Below, piece by piece: positions 15,001 through 30,000 of a stretch of DNA of 64,000 bases (position 1 is the first letter of the stretch; the number at the start of each line of letters is the position of its first letter). The position numbers and the translations under genes were made by a program. Below the pieces are notes generated by a model, which searched no databases, was not told the origin of the DNA, and saw nothing but the letters and a program-made list of their open reading frames with translations. The DNA is taken from contig OZ024743.1 of the NCBI GenBank assembly GCA_964016885.1, positions 182,280,001 through 182,344,000 of the forward strand, given 5' to 3'. This stretch comes from Eledone cirrhosa (taxonomy: Eukaryota).

Positions 15001-18000
15001 TCACAACCATTGTACCAGTTGTAATGACATAACAACATAGTGACAACATGTGAAACACAATTGGTCACTATTCAACTCTCACAACCATTGTACCAGTTGT
15101 AATGACATAACAACATAGTGACAACATGTGAAACACAATTGGTCACTATTCAACTCTCACAACCATTGTACTAGTTGTAATGACATAACAACATAGTGAC
15201 AACATGTGAACCACAAGTTGTCACTATTCAACTCTCACAACCATTGTACCAGTTGTAATGACATAACAACATAGTGACAACATGTGAAGCACAAGTGGTC
15301 ACTATTCAACTCTCACAACTATTGTACCAGTTGTAATGACATAACAACATAGTGACAACATGTGAAACACAAGTGGTCACTATTCAACTCTCACAACCAT
15401 TGTACCAGTTGTAATGACATAACAACATAGTGACAACATGTGAACCACAAGTGGTCACTATTCAATTCTCACAACCATTGTACCAGTTGTAATGACATAA
15501 TAACATAGTGACAACATGTGAACCACAAGTGGTCACTATTCAACTCTCACATCCATTGTACCAGTTGTAATGACATAACAACATAGTGACAACATGTGAA
15601 ACACAATTGGTCACTATTCAACTCTCACAACCATTGTACCAGTTGTAATGACATAACAACATAGTGACAACATGTGAAACACAATTGGTCACTATTCAAC
15701 TCTCACAACCATTGTACCAGTTGTAATGACATAATAACATAGTGACAACATGTGAACCACAAGTGGTCACTATTCAACTCTCACATCCATTGTACCAGTT
15801 GTAATGACATAACAACATAGTGACAACATGTGAAACACAATTGGTCACTATTCAACTCTCACAACCATTGTACCAGTTGTAATGACATAACAATATAGTG
15901 ACAACATGTGAAACACAATTGGTCACTATTCAACTCTCACAACCATTGTACCAGTTGTAATGACATAACAACATAGTGACAACATGTGAAACACAATTGG
16001 TCACTATTCAACTCTCACAACCATTGTACCAGTTGTAATGACATAATAACATAGTGACAACATGTGAACCACAAGTGGTCACTATTCAACTCTCGCATCC
16101 ATTGTACCAGTTGTAATGACATAACAACATAGTGACAACATGTGAAACACAATTGGTCACTATTCAACTCTCACAACCATTGTACCAGTTGTAATGACAT
16201 AACAACATAGTGACAACATGTGAAACACAATTGGTCACTATTCAACTCTCACAACCATTGTACCAGTTGTAATGACATAATAACATAGTGACAACATGTG
16301 AACCACAAGTGGTCACTATTCAACTCTCACATCCATTCTACCAGTTGTAATGACATAACAACATAGTGACAACATGTGAAACACAATTGGTCACTATTCA
16401 ACTCTCACAACCATTGTACCAGTTGTAATGACATAACAACATAGTGACAACATGTGAAACACAATTGGTCACTATTCAACTCTCACAACCATTGTACCAG
16501 TTGTAATGACATAACAACATAGTGACAACATGTGAAACACAATTGGTCACTATTCAACTCTCACAACCATTGTACCAGTTGTAATGACATAATAACATAG
16601 TGACAACATGTGAACCACAAGTGGTCACTATTCAACTCTCACATCCATTGTACCAGTTGTAATGACATAACAACATAGTGACAACATGTGAAACACAATT
16701 GGTCACAATTCAACTCTCACAACCATTGTACCAGTTGTAATGACATAACAACATAGTGACAACATGTGAACCACAAATGGTCACTATTCACCTCTCACAA
16801 CTATTGTGCCAGTTGTAATGACATAACAACATAGTGACAACATGTGAAACACAAGTGGTCACTATTCAACTCTCACAACCATTGTACCAGTTGTAATGAC
16901 ATAACAACATAGTGACAACATGTGAAACACAATTGGTCACTATTCAACTCTCACAACCATTGTACCAGTTGTAATGACATAACAACATAGTGACAACATG
17001 TGAACCACAAGTGGTCACTATTCAGCTCTCACATCCATTGTATCAGTTGTAATGACATAACAACATAGTGACAACATGTGAAACACAATTGGTCACTATT
17101 CAACTCTCACAACCATTGTACCAGTTGTAATGACATAATAACATAGTGACAACATGTGAACCACAAGTGGTCACTATTCAACTCTCACAACCATTGTACC
17201 AGTTGTAATGACATAACAACATAGTGACAACATGTGAACCACAAGTGGTCACTATTCAACTCTCACAACCATTGTACCAGTTGTAATGACATAATATAAT
17301 AGTGACAACATGTGAACCACAATTGGTCACTATTCAACTCTCATAACCATTGTACCAGTTGTAATGACATAACAACATAGTGACAAAATGTGAATCACAA
17401 TTGGTCACTATTCAACTCTCACAACCATTGTACCAGTTGTAATGACATAACAACATAGTGACAACATGTGAAACACAAGTGGTCACTATTCAACTCTCAC
17501 AACCATTGTACAAGTTGTAATGACATAATAACATAGTGAAAACATGTGAACCACAATTGGTCACTATTCAACTCTCACAACCATTGTACCAGTTGTAATG
17601 ACATAATAACATAGTGACAACATGTGAGCCACAATTGGTCACTATTCAACTCTCACAACCATTGTACCAGTTGTAATGACATAACAACATAGTGACAACA
17701 TGTGAAACACAAGTGGTCACTATTCAACTCTCACAACCATTGTACCAGTCGTAATGACATAATAACATAGTGACAACATGTGAACCACAATTGGTCACTA
17801 TTCAACTCTCACAACCATTGTACCAGTTGTAATGACATAACAACATAGTGACAACATGTGAACCACAATTGGTCACTATTCAACTCTCACAACCATTGTA
17901 CCAGTTGTAATGACATAACAACATAGTGACAACATGTGAACCACAAGTGGTCACTATTCAACTCTCACAACCATTGTACCAGTTGTAATGACATAACAAC

Positions 18001-21000
18001 ATAGTGACAACATGTGAACCACAAATGGTCACTATTCAACTCTCACAACTATTGTACCAGTTGTAATGACATAACAACATAGTGACAACATGTGAACCAC
18101 AAGTGGTCACTATTCAACTCTCACAACCATTGTACCAGTTGTAATGACATAACACTATAGTGACAACATGTGAAACACAATTGGTCACTAATCAACTCTC
18201 ACAACCATTGTACCAGTTGTAATGACATAATAACATAGTGACAACATGTGAACCACAATTGGTCACTATTGAACTCTCACAACCATTGTACCAGTTGTAA
18301 TGACATAACAACATAGTGACAACATGTGAACCACAAGTGGTCACTATTCAACTCTCACAACCATTGTACCAGTTGTAATGACATAACAACATAGTGACAA
18401 CATGTGAAACACAAGTGGTCACTATTCAACTCTCACAACCATTGTACCAGTTGTAATGACATAACAACATAGTGACAACATGTGAACCACAAATGGTCAC
18501 TATTCAACTCTCACAACCATTGTACCAGTTGTAATGACATAACAACATAGTGACAACATGTGAAACACAATTGGTCACTATTCAACTCTCACTACCATTG
18601 TACCAGTTGTAATGACATAACAACATAGTGACAACATGTGAAACACAATTGGTCACTATTCAACTCTCACAACCATTGTACCAGTTGTAATGACATAATA
18701 ACATAGTGACAACATGTGAACCACAATTGGTCACTATTCAACTCTCACAACCATTGTACCAGTTGTAATGACATAACAACATAGTGACAACATGTGAAAC
18801 ACAAGTGGTCACTATTCAACTCTCACAACCATTGTACCAGTTGTAATGACATAATAACATAGTGACAACATGTGAACCACAATTGGTCACTATTCAACTC
18901 TCACAACCATTGTACCAGTTGTAATGACATAATAACATAGTGACAACATGTGAACCACAATTGGTCACTATTCAACTCTCACAACCATTGTACCAGTTGT
19001 AATGACATAACAACATAGTGACAACATGTGAACCACAATTGGTCACTATTCTACTCTCACAACCATTGTACCAGTTGTAATGACATAACAACATAGTGAC
19101 AACATGTGAACCACAAGTGGTCACTATTCAACTCTCACAACCATTGTACCAGTTGTAATGACATAACAACATAGTGACAACATGTGAACCACAAATGGTC
19201 ACTATTCAACTCTCACAACTATTGTACCAGTTGTAATGACATAACAACATAGTGACAACATGTGAACCACAAGTGGTCACTATTCAACTCTCACAACCAT
19301 TGTACCAGTTGTAATGACATAACACCATAGTGACAACATGTGAAACACAATTGGTCACTAATCAACTCTCACAACCATTGTACCAGTTGTAATGACATAA
19401 TAACATAGTGACAACATGTGAACCACAATTGGTCACTATTCAACTCTCACAACCATTGTACCAGTTGTAATGACATAATAACATAGTGACAACATGTGAA
19501 CCACAAGTGGTCACTATTCAACTCTCACAACCATTGTACCAGTTGTAATGACATAACAACATAGTGACAACATGTGAAACACAAGTGGTCACTATTCAAC
19601 TCTCACAACCATTGTACCAGTTGTAATGACGTAACAACATAGTGACAACATGTGAACCACAAATGGTCACTATTCAACTCTCACAACCATTGTACCAGTT
19701 GTAATGACATAACAACATAGTGACAACATGTGAAACACAATTGGTCACTATTCAACTCTCACTACCATTGTACCAGTTGTAATGACATAACAACATAGTG
19801 ACAACATGTGAAACACAATTGGTCACTATTCAACTCTCACAACCATTGTACCAGTTGTAATGACATAATAACATAGTGACAACATGTGAACCACAAGTGG
19901 TCACTATTGAACTCTCACATCCATTGTACCAGTTGTAATGACATAACAACATAGTGACAACATGTGAAACACAATTGGTCACTATTCAACTCTCACAACC
20001 ATTGTACCAGTTGTAATGACATAACAATATAGTGACAACATGTGAAACACAATTGGTCACTATTCAACTCTCATAACCATTGTACCAGTTGTAATGACAT
20101 AACAACATAGTGACAACATGTGAACCACAAGTGGTCACTATTCAACTCTCACAACCATTGTACCAGTTGTAATGACATAACAACATAGTGACAACATGTG
20201 AACCACAAGTGGTCACTATTCAACTCTCACAACCATTGTACCAGTTGTAATGACATAATAACATAGTGATAACATGTGAACCACAAGTGGTCACTATTCA
20301 ACTCTCACATCCATTGTACCAGTTGTAATGACATAACAACATAGTGACAACATGTGAAACACAATTGGTCACTATTCAACTCTCACAACCATTGTACCAG
20401 TTGTAATGACATAACAACATAGTGACAACATGTGAACCACAAGTGGTCACTATTCAACTCTCACAACCATTGTACCAGTTGTAATGACATAACAACATAG
20501 TGACAACATGTGAACCACAAGTGGTCACTATTCAACTCTCACAACCATTGTACCAGTTGTAATGACATAACACCATAGTGACAACATGTGAAACACAATT
20601 GGTCACTATTCAACTCTCACAACTATTGTACCAGTTGTAATGACATAATAACATAGTGACAACATGTGAACCACAAGTGGTCACTATTCAACTCTCACAA
20701 CCATTGTACCAGTTGTAATGACATAACAACATTGTGACAACATGTGAAACACAATTGGTCACTATTCAACTCTCACAACCATTGTACCAGTTGTAATGAT
20801 ATAACACCATAGTGACAACATGTGAAACACAATTGGTCACTATTCAACTCTCACAACCATTGTACCAGTTGTAATGACATAACAACATAGTGACAACATG
20901 TGAACCACAAGTGGTCACTATTCAACTCTCACAACCATTGTACCAGTTGTTATTACATAACAACATAGTGACAACATGTGAACCACAAGTTGTCACTATT

Positions 21001-24000
21001 CAACTCTCACAACCATTGTACCAGTTGTAATGACATAACAACATAGTGACAAGATGTGAACCACAAGTGGTCACTATTCAACTCTCACAACTATTGTACC
21101 AGTTGTAATGACATAACAACATAGTGACAACATGTGAAACACAAGTGGTCACTATTCAACTCTCACAACTATTGTACCAGTTTTAATGACATAACAACAT
21201 AGTGACAACATGTGAACCACAAGTGGTCACTATTCAACTCTCACAACCATTGTACCAGTTGTAATGACATAACAACATAGTGACAACATGTGAACCACAA
21301 GTGGTCACTATTCAACTCTCACAACCATTGTACCAGTTGTAATGACATAATAACATAGTGACAACATGTGAACCACAAGTGGTCACTATTCAACTCTCAC
21401 ATCCATTGTGCCAGTTGTAATGACATAACAACATAGTGACAACATGTGAAACACAATTGGTCACTATTCAACTCTCACAACCATTGTACAAGTTGTAATG
21501 ACATAACAACATAGTGACAACATGTGAAACACAATTGGTCACTATTCAACTCTCATAACCATTGTACCAGTTGTAATGACATAACAACATAGTGACAACA
21601 TGTGAACCACAAGTGGTCACTATTCAACTCTCACAACCATTGTACCAGTTGTAATGACATAACAACATAGTGACAACATGTGAACCACAAGTGGTCACAA
21701 TTCAACTCTCACAACCATTGTACCAGTTGTAATGACATAATAACATAGTGACAACATGTGAACCACAAGTGGTCACTATTCAACTCTCACATCCATTGTA
21801 CCAGTTGTAATGACATAACAACATAGTGACAACATGTGAAACACAATTGGTCACTATTCAACTCTCACAACCATTGTACCAGTTGTAATGACATAACAAC
21901 ATAGTGACAACATGTGAAACACAATTGGTCACTATTCAACTCTCACAACCATCGTACCAGTTGTAATGACATAATAACATAGTGACAACATGTGAACCAC
22001 AAGTGGTCACTATTCAACTCTCACATCCATTGTACCAGTTGTAATCACATAACAACATAGTGACAACATGTGAAACACAATTGGTCACTATTCAACTCTC
22101 ACAACCATTGTACCAGTTGTAATGACATAACAACATAGTGACAACATGTGAAACACAATTGGTCACTATTCAACTCTCACAACCATTGTACCAGTTGTAA
22201 TGACATAACAACATAGTGACAACATGTGAACCACAAGTGGTCACAATTCAACTCTCACAACCATTGTACCAGTTGTAATGCCATAATAACATAGTGACAA
22301 CATGTGAACCACAAGTGGTCACTATTCAACTCTCACATCCATTGTACCAGTTGTAATGACATAACAACATAGTGACAACATGTGAAACACAATTGGTCAC
22401 TATTCAACTCTCACAACCATTGTACCAGTTGTAATGATATAACAACATAGTGACAAAATGTGAAACACAATTGGTCACTATTCAACTCTCACAACCATTG
22501 TACCAGTTGTAATGACATAACAACATAGTGACAACATGTGAACCACAAGTGGTCACTATTCAACTCTCACATCCATTGTACCAGTTGTAATGACATAACA
22601 ACATAGTGACAACATGTGAAACACAATTGGTCACTATTCAACTCTCACAACCATTGTACCAGTTGTAATGACATAACAACATAGTGACAACATGTGAAAC
22701 ACAATTGGTCACTATTCAACTCTCACAACCATTGTACCAGTTGTAATGACATAACAAGATAGTGACAACATGTGAAACACAATTGGTCACTATTCAACTC
22801 TCACAACCATTGTACCAGTTGTAATGACATAATAACATAGTGACAACATGTGAACCACAAGTGGTCACTATTCAACTCTCACATCCATTGTACCAGTTGT
22901 AATGACATAACAACATAGTGACAACATGTGAAACACAATTGGTCACTATTCAACTCTCACAACCACTGTACCAGTTGTAATGACATAACAACATAGTGAC
23001 AACATGTGAACCACAAATGGTCACTATTCAACTCTCACAACTATTGTGCCATTTGTAATGACATAACAACATAGTGACAACATGTGAAACACAAGTGGTC
23101 ACTATTCAACTCTCACAACTATCGTACCTGTTGTAATGACATAACAACATAGTGACAACATGTGAAACACAATTGGTCACTATTCAACTCTCACAACCAT
23201 TGTACCAGTTGTAATGACATAATAACATAGTGACAACATGTGAAACACAATTGGTCACTATTCAACTCTCACAACCATTGTACCAGTTGTAATGACATAA
23301 CAACATAGTGACAACATGTGAACCACAAGTGGTCACTATTCAACTCTCACAACCATTGTACCAGTTGTAATGATATAACAACATAGTGACAACATGTGAA
23401 CCACAAGTGGTCACTATTCAACTCTCACATACATTGTATCAGTTGTAATGACATAACAACATAGTGACAACATGTGAAACACAATTGGTCACTATTCAAC
23501 TCTCACAACCATTGTACCAGTTGTAATGACATAACAACATAGTGATAACATGTGAACCACAAGTGGTCACTATTCAACTCTCACAACCATTGTACCAGTT
23601 GTAATGACATAACAACATAGTGACAACATGTGAACCACAAGTGGTCACTATTCAACTCTCACAACCATTGTACCAGTTGTAATGACATAATAACATAGTG
23701 ACAACATGTGAACCACAATTGGTCACTATTCAACTCTCACAACCATTGTACCAGTTGTAATGACATAATAACATAGTGACAACATGTGAACCACAATTGG
23801 TCACTATTCAACTCTCACAACCATTGTACCAGTTGTAATGACATAACAACATAGTGACAACATGTGAAACACAAGTGGTTACTATTCAACTCTCACAACC
23901 ATTGTACCAGTTGTAATGACATAATAACATAGTGACAACATGTGAACCACAATTGGTCACTATTCAACTCTCACAACCATTGTACCAGTTGTAATGACAT

Positions 24001-27000
24001 AATAACATAGTGACAACATGTGAACCACAATTGGTCACTATTCAACTCTCACAACCATTGTACCAGTTGTAATGACATAACAACATAGTGACAACATGTG
24101 AAACACAAGTGGTCACTATTCAACTCTCACAACCATTGTACCAGTTGTAATGACATAATAACATAGTGACAACATGTGAACCACAATTGGTCACTATTCA
24201 ACTCTCACAACTATTGTACCAGTTGTAATGACATAATAACATAGTGACAACATGTGAACCACAATTGGTCACTATTCAACTCTCACAACCATTGTACCAG
24301 TTGTAATGACATAACAACATAGTGACAACATGTGAATCACAATTGGTCACTATTCAACTCTCACAACCATTGTACCAGTTGTAATGACATAATAACATAG
24401 TGACAACATGTGAAACACAAGTGGTCACTATTCAACTCTCACAACCATTGTACCAGTTGTAATGACATAACAACATAGTGACAACATGTGAATCACAATT
24501 GGTCACTATTCAACTCTCACAACCATTGTACCAGTTGTAATGACATAATAACATAGTGACAACATGTGAACCACAAGTGGTCACTATTCAACTCTCACAT
24601 CCATTGTACCAGTTGTAATGACATAACAACATAGTGACAACATGTGAAACACAATTGGTCACTATTCAACTCTCACAACCATTGTACCAGTTGTAATGAC
24701 ATAACAACATAGTGACAACATGTGAAACACAATTGGTCACTATTCAACTCTCACAACCATTGTACCAGTTGTAATGACATAACAACATAGTGACAACATG
24801 TGAAACACAATTGGTCACTATTCAACTCTCACAACCATTGTACCAGTTGTAATGACATAATAACATAGTGACAACATGTGAACCACAAGTGGTCACTATT
24901 CAACTCTCACATCCATTGTACCAGTTGTAATGACATAACAACATAGTGACAACATGTGAAACACAATTGGTCACTATTCAACTCTCACAACCATTGTACC
25001 AGTTGTAATGACATAACAACATAGTGACAACATGTGAACCACAAATGGTCACTATTCACCTCTCACAACTATTGTGCCAGTTGTAATGACATAACAACAT
25101 AGTGACAACATGTGAAACACAAGTGGTCACTATTCAACTCTCACAACCATTGTACCAGTTGTAATGACATAACAACATAGTGACAACATGTGAAACACAA
25201 TTGGTCACTATTCAACTCTCACAACCATTGTACCAGTTGTAATGACATAACAACATAGTGACAACATGTGAACCACAAGTGGTCACTATTCAGCTCTCAC
25301 ATCCATTGTATCAGTTGTAATGACATAACAACATAGTGACAACATGTGAAACACAATTGGTCACTATTCAACTCTCACAACCATTGTACCAGTTGTAATG
25401 ACATAATAACATAGTGACAACATGTGAACCACAAGTGGTCACTATTCAACTCTCACAACCATTGTACCAGTTGTAATGACATAACAACATAGTGACAACA
25501 TGTGAACCACAAGTGGTCACTATTCAACTCTCACAACCATTGTACCAGTTGTAATGACATAATAACATAGTGACAACATGTGAACCACAATTGGTCACTA
25601 TTCAACTCTCATAACCATTGTACCAGTTGTAATGACATAACAACATAGTGACAAAATGTGAATCACAATTGGTCACTATTCAACTCTCACAACCATTGTA
25701 CCAGTTGTAATGACATAACAACAGAGTGACAACATGTGAAACACAAGTGGTCACTATTCAACTCTCACAACCATTGTACAAGTTGTAATGACATAATAAC
25801 AAAGTGACAACATGTGAACCACAATTGGTCACTATTCAACTCTCACAACCATTGTACCAGTTGTAATGACATAATAACATAGTGACAACATGTGAACCAC
25901 AATTGGTCACTATTCAACTCTCACAACCATTGTACCAGTTGTAATGACATAACAACATAGTGACAACATGTGAAACACAAGTGGTCACTATTCAACTCTC
26001 ACAACCATTGTACCAGTTGTAATGACATAATAACATAGTGACAACATGTGAACCACAATTGGTCACTATTCAACTCTCACAACCATTGTACCAGTTGTAA
26101 TGACATAACAACATAGTGACAACATGTGAACCACAATTGGTCACTATTCAACTCTCACAACCATTGTACCAGTTGTAATGACATAACAACATAGTGACAA
26201 CATGTGAACCACAAGTGGTCACTATTCAACTCTCACAACCATTGTACCAGTTGTAATGACATAACAACATAGTGACAACATGTGAACCACAAATGGTCAC
26301 TATTCAACTCTCACAACTATTGTACCAGTTGTAATGACATAACAACATAGTGACAACATGTGAACCACAAGTGGTCACTATTCAACTCTCACAACCATTG
26401 TACCAGTTGTAATGACATAACACCATAGTGACAACATGTGAAACACAATTGGTCACTAATCAACTCTCACAACCATTGTACCAGTTGCAATGACATAATA
26501 ACATAGTGACAACATGTGAACCACAATTGGTCACTATTGAACTCTCACAACCATTGTACCAGTTGTAATGACATAACAACATAGTGACAACATGTGAACC
26601 ACAAGTGGTCACTATTCAACTCTCACAACCATTGTACCAGTTATAATGACATAACAACATAGTGACAACATGTGAAACACAAGTGGTCACTATTCAACTC
26701 TCACAACCATTGTACCAGTTGTAATGACATAACAACATAGTGACAACATGTGAACCACAAATGGTCACTATTCAACTCTCACAACCATTGTACCAGTTGT
26801 AATGACATAACAACATAGTGACAACATGTGAAACACAATTGGTCACTATTCAACTCTCACTACCATTGTACCAGTTGTAATGACATAACAACATAGTGAC
26901 AACATGTGAAACACAATTGGTCACTATTCAACTCTCACAACCATTGTACCAGTTGTAATGACATAATAACATAGTGACAACATGTGAACCACAATTGGTC

Positions 27001-30000
27001 ACTATTCAACTCTCACAACCATTGTACCAGTTGTAATGACATAACAACATAGTGACAACATGTGAAACACAAGTGGTCACTATTCAACTCTCACAACCAT
27101 TGTACCAGTTGTAATGACATAATAACATAGTGACAACATGTGAACCACAATTGGTCACTATTCAACTCTCACAACCATTGTACCAGTTGTAATGACATAA
27201 TAACATAGTGACAACATGTGAACCACAATTGGTCACTATTCAACTCTCACAACCATTGTACCAGTTGTAATGACATAACAACATAGTGACAACATGTGAA
27301 CCACAATTGGTCACTATTCTACTCTCACAACCATTGTACCAGTTGTAATGACATAACAACATAGTGACAACATGTGAACCACAAGTGGTCACTATTCAAC
27401 TCTCACAACCATTGTACCAGTTGTAATGACATAACAACATAGTGACAACATGTGAACCACAAATGGTCACTATTCAACTCTCACAACTATTGTACCAGTT
27501 GTAATGACATAACAACATAGTGACAACATGTGAACCACAAGTGGTCACTATTCAACTCTCACAACCATTGTACCAGTTGTAATGACATAACACCATAGTG
27601 ACAACATGTGAAACACAATTGGTCACTAATCAACTCTCACAACCATTGTACCAGTTGTAATGACATAATAACATAGTGACAACATGTGAACCACAATTGG
27701 TCACTATTCAACTCTCACAACCATTGTACCAGTTGTAATGACATAATAACATAGTGACAACATGTGAACCACAAGTGGTCACTATTCAACTCTCACAACC
27801 ATTGTACCAGTTGTAATGACATAACAACATAGTGACAACATGTGAAACACAAGTGGTCACTATTCAACTCTCACAACCATTGTACCAGTTGTAATGACGT
27901 AACAACATAGTGACAACATGTGAACCACAAATGGTCACTATTCAACTCTCACAACCATTGTACCAGTTGTAATGACATAACAACATAGTGACAACATGTG
28001 AAACACAATTGGTCACTATTCAACTCTCACTACCATTGTACCAGTTGTAATGACATAACAACATAGTGACAACATGTGAAACACAATTGGTCACTATTCA
28101 ACTCTCACAACCATTGTACCAGTTGTAATGACATAATAACATAGTGACAACATGTGAACCACAAGTGGTCACTATTGAACTCTCACATCCATTGTACCAG
28201 TTGTAATGACATAACAACATAGTGACAACATGTGAAACACAATTGGTCACTATTCAACTCTCACAACCATTGTACCAGTTGTAATGACATAACAATTTAG
28301 TGACAACATGTGAAACACAATTGGTCACTATTCAACTCTCATAACCATTGTACCAGTTGTAATGACATAACAACATAGTGACAACATGTGAACCACAAGT
28401 GGTCACTATTCAACTCTCACAACCATTGTACCAGTTGTAATGACATAACAACATAGTGACAACATGTGAACCACAAGTGGTCACTATTCAACTCTCACAA
28501 CCATTGTACCAGTTGTAATGACATAATAACATAGTGATAACATGTGAACCACAAGTGGTCACTATTCAACTCTCACATCCATTGTACCAGTTGTAATGAC
28601 ATAACAACATAGTGACAACATGTGAAACACAATTGGTCACTATTCAACTCTCACAACCATTGTACCAGTTGTAATGACATAACAACATAGTGACAACATG
28701 TGAACCACAAGTGGTCACTATTCAACTCTCACAACCATTGTACCAGTTGTAATGACATAACAACATAGTGACAACATGTGAACCACAAGTGGTCACTATT
28801 CAACTCTCACAACCATTGTACCAGTTGTAATGACATAACACCATAGTGACAACATGTGAAACACAATTGGTCACTATTCAACTCTCACAACTATTGTACC
28901 AGTTGTAATGACATAATAACATAGTGACAACATGTGAACCACAAGTGGTCACTATTCAACTCTCACAACCATCGTACCAGTTGTAATGACATAACAACAT
29001 AGTGACAACATGTGAAACACAATTGGTCACTATTCAACTCTCACAACCATTGTACCAGTTGTAATGATATAACACCATAGTGACAACATGTGAAACACAA
29101 TTGGTCACTATTCAACTCTCACAACCATTGTACCAGTTGTAATGACATAACAACATAGTGACAACATGTGAACCACAAGTGGTCACTATTCAACTCTCAC
29201 AACCATTGTACCAGTTGTTATTACATAACAACATAGTGACAACATGTGAACCACAAGTTGTCACTATTCAACTCTCACAACCATTGTACCAGTTGTAATG
29301 ACATAACAACATAGTGACAACATGTGAACCACAAGTGGTCACTATTCAACTCTCACAACCATTGTACCAGTTGTTATTACATAACAACATAGTGACAACA
29401 TGTGAACCACAAGTTGTCACTATTCAACTCTCACAACCATTGTACCAGTTGTAATGACATAACAACATAGTGACAACATGTGAACCACAAGTGGTCACTA
29501 TTCAACTCTCACAACTATTGTACCAGTTGTAATGACATAACAACATAGTGACAACATGTGAAACACAAGTGGTCACTATTCAACTCTCACAACTATTGTA
29601 CCAGTTTTAATGACATAACAACATAGTGACAACATGTGAACCACAAGTGGTCACTATTCAACTCTCACAACCATTGTACCAGTTGTAATGACATAACAAC
29701 ATAGTGACAACATGTGAACCACAAGTGGTCACTATTCAACTCTCACAACCATTGTACCAGTTGTAATGACATAATAACATAGTGACAACATGTGAACCAC
29801 AAGTGGTCACTATTCAACTCTCACATCCATTGTGCCAGTTGTAATGACATAACAACATAGTGACAACATGTGAAACACAATTGGTCACTATTCAACTCTC
29901 ACAACCATTGTACAAGTTGTAATGACATAACAACATAGTGACAACATGTGAAACACAATTGGTCACTATTCAACTCTCATAACCATTGTACCAGTTGTAA

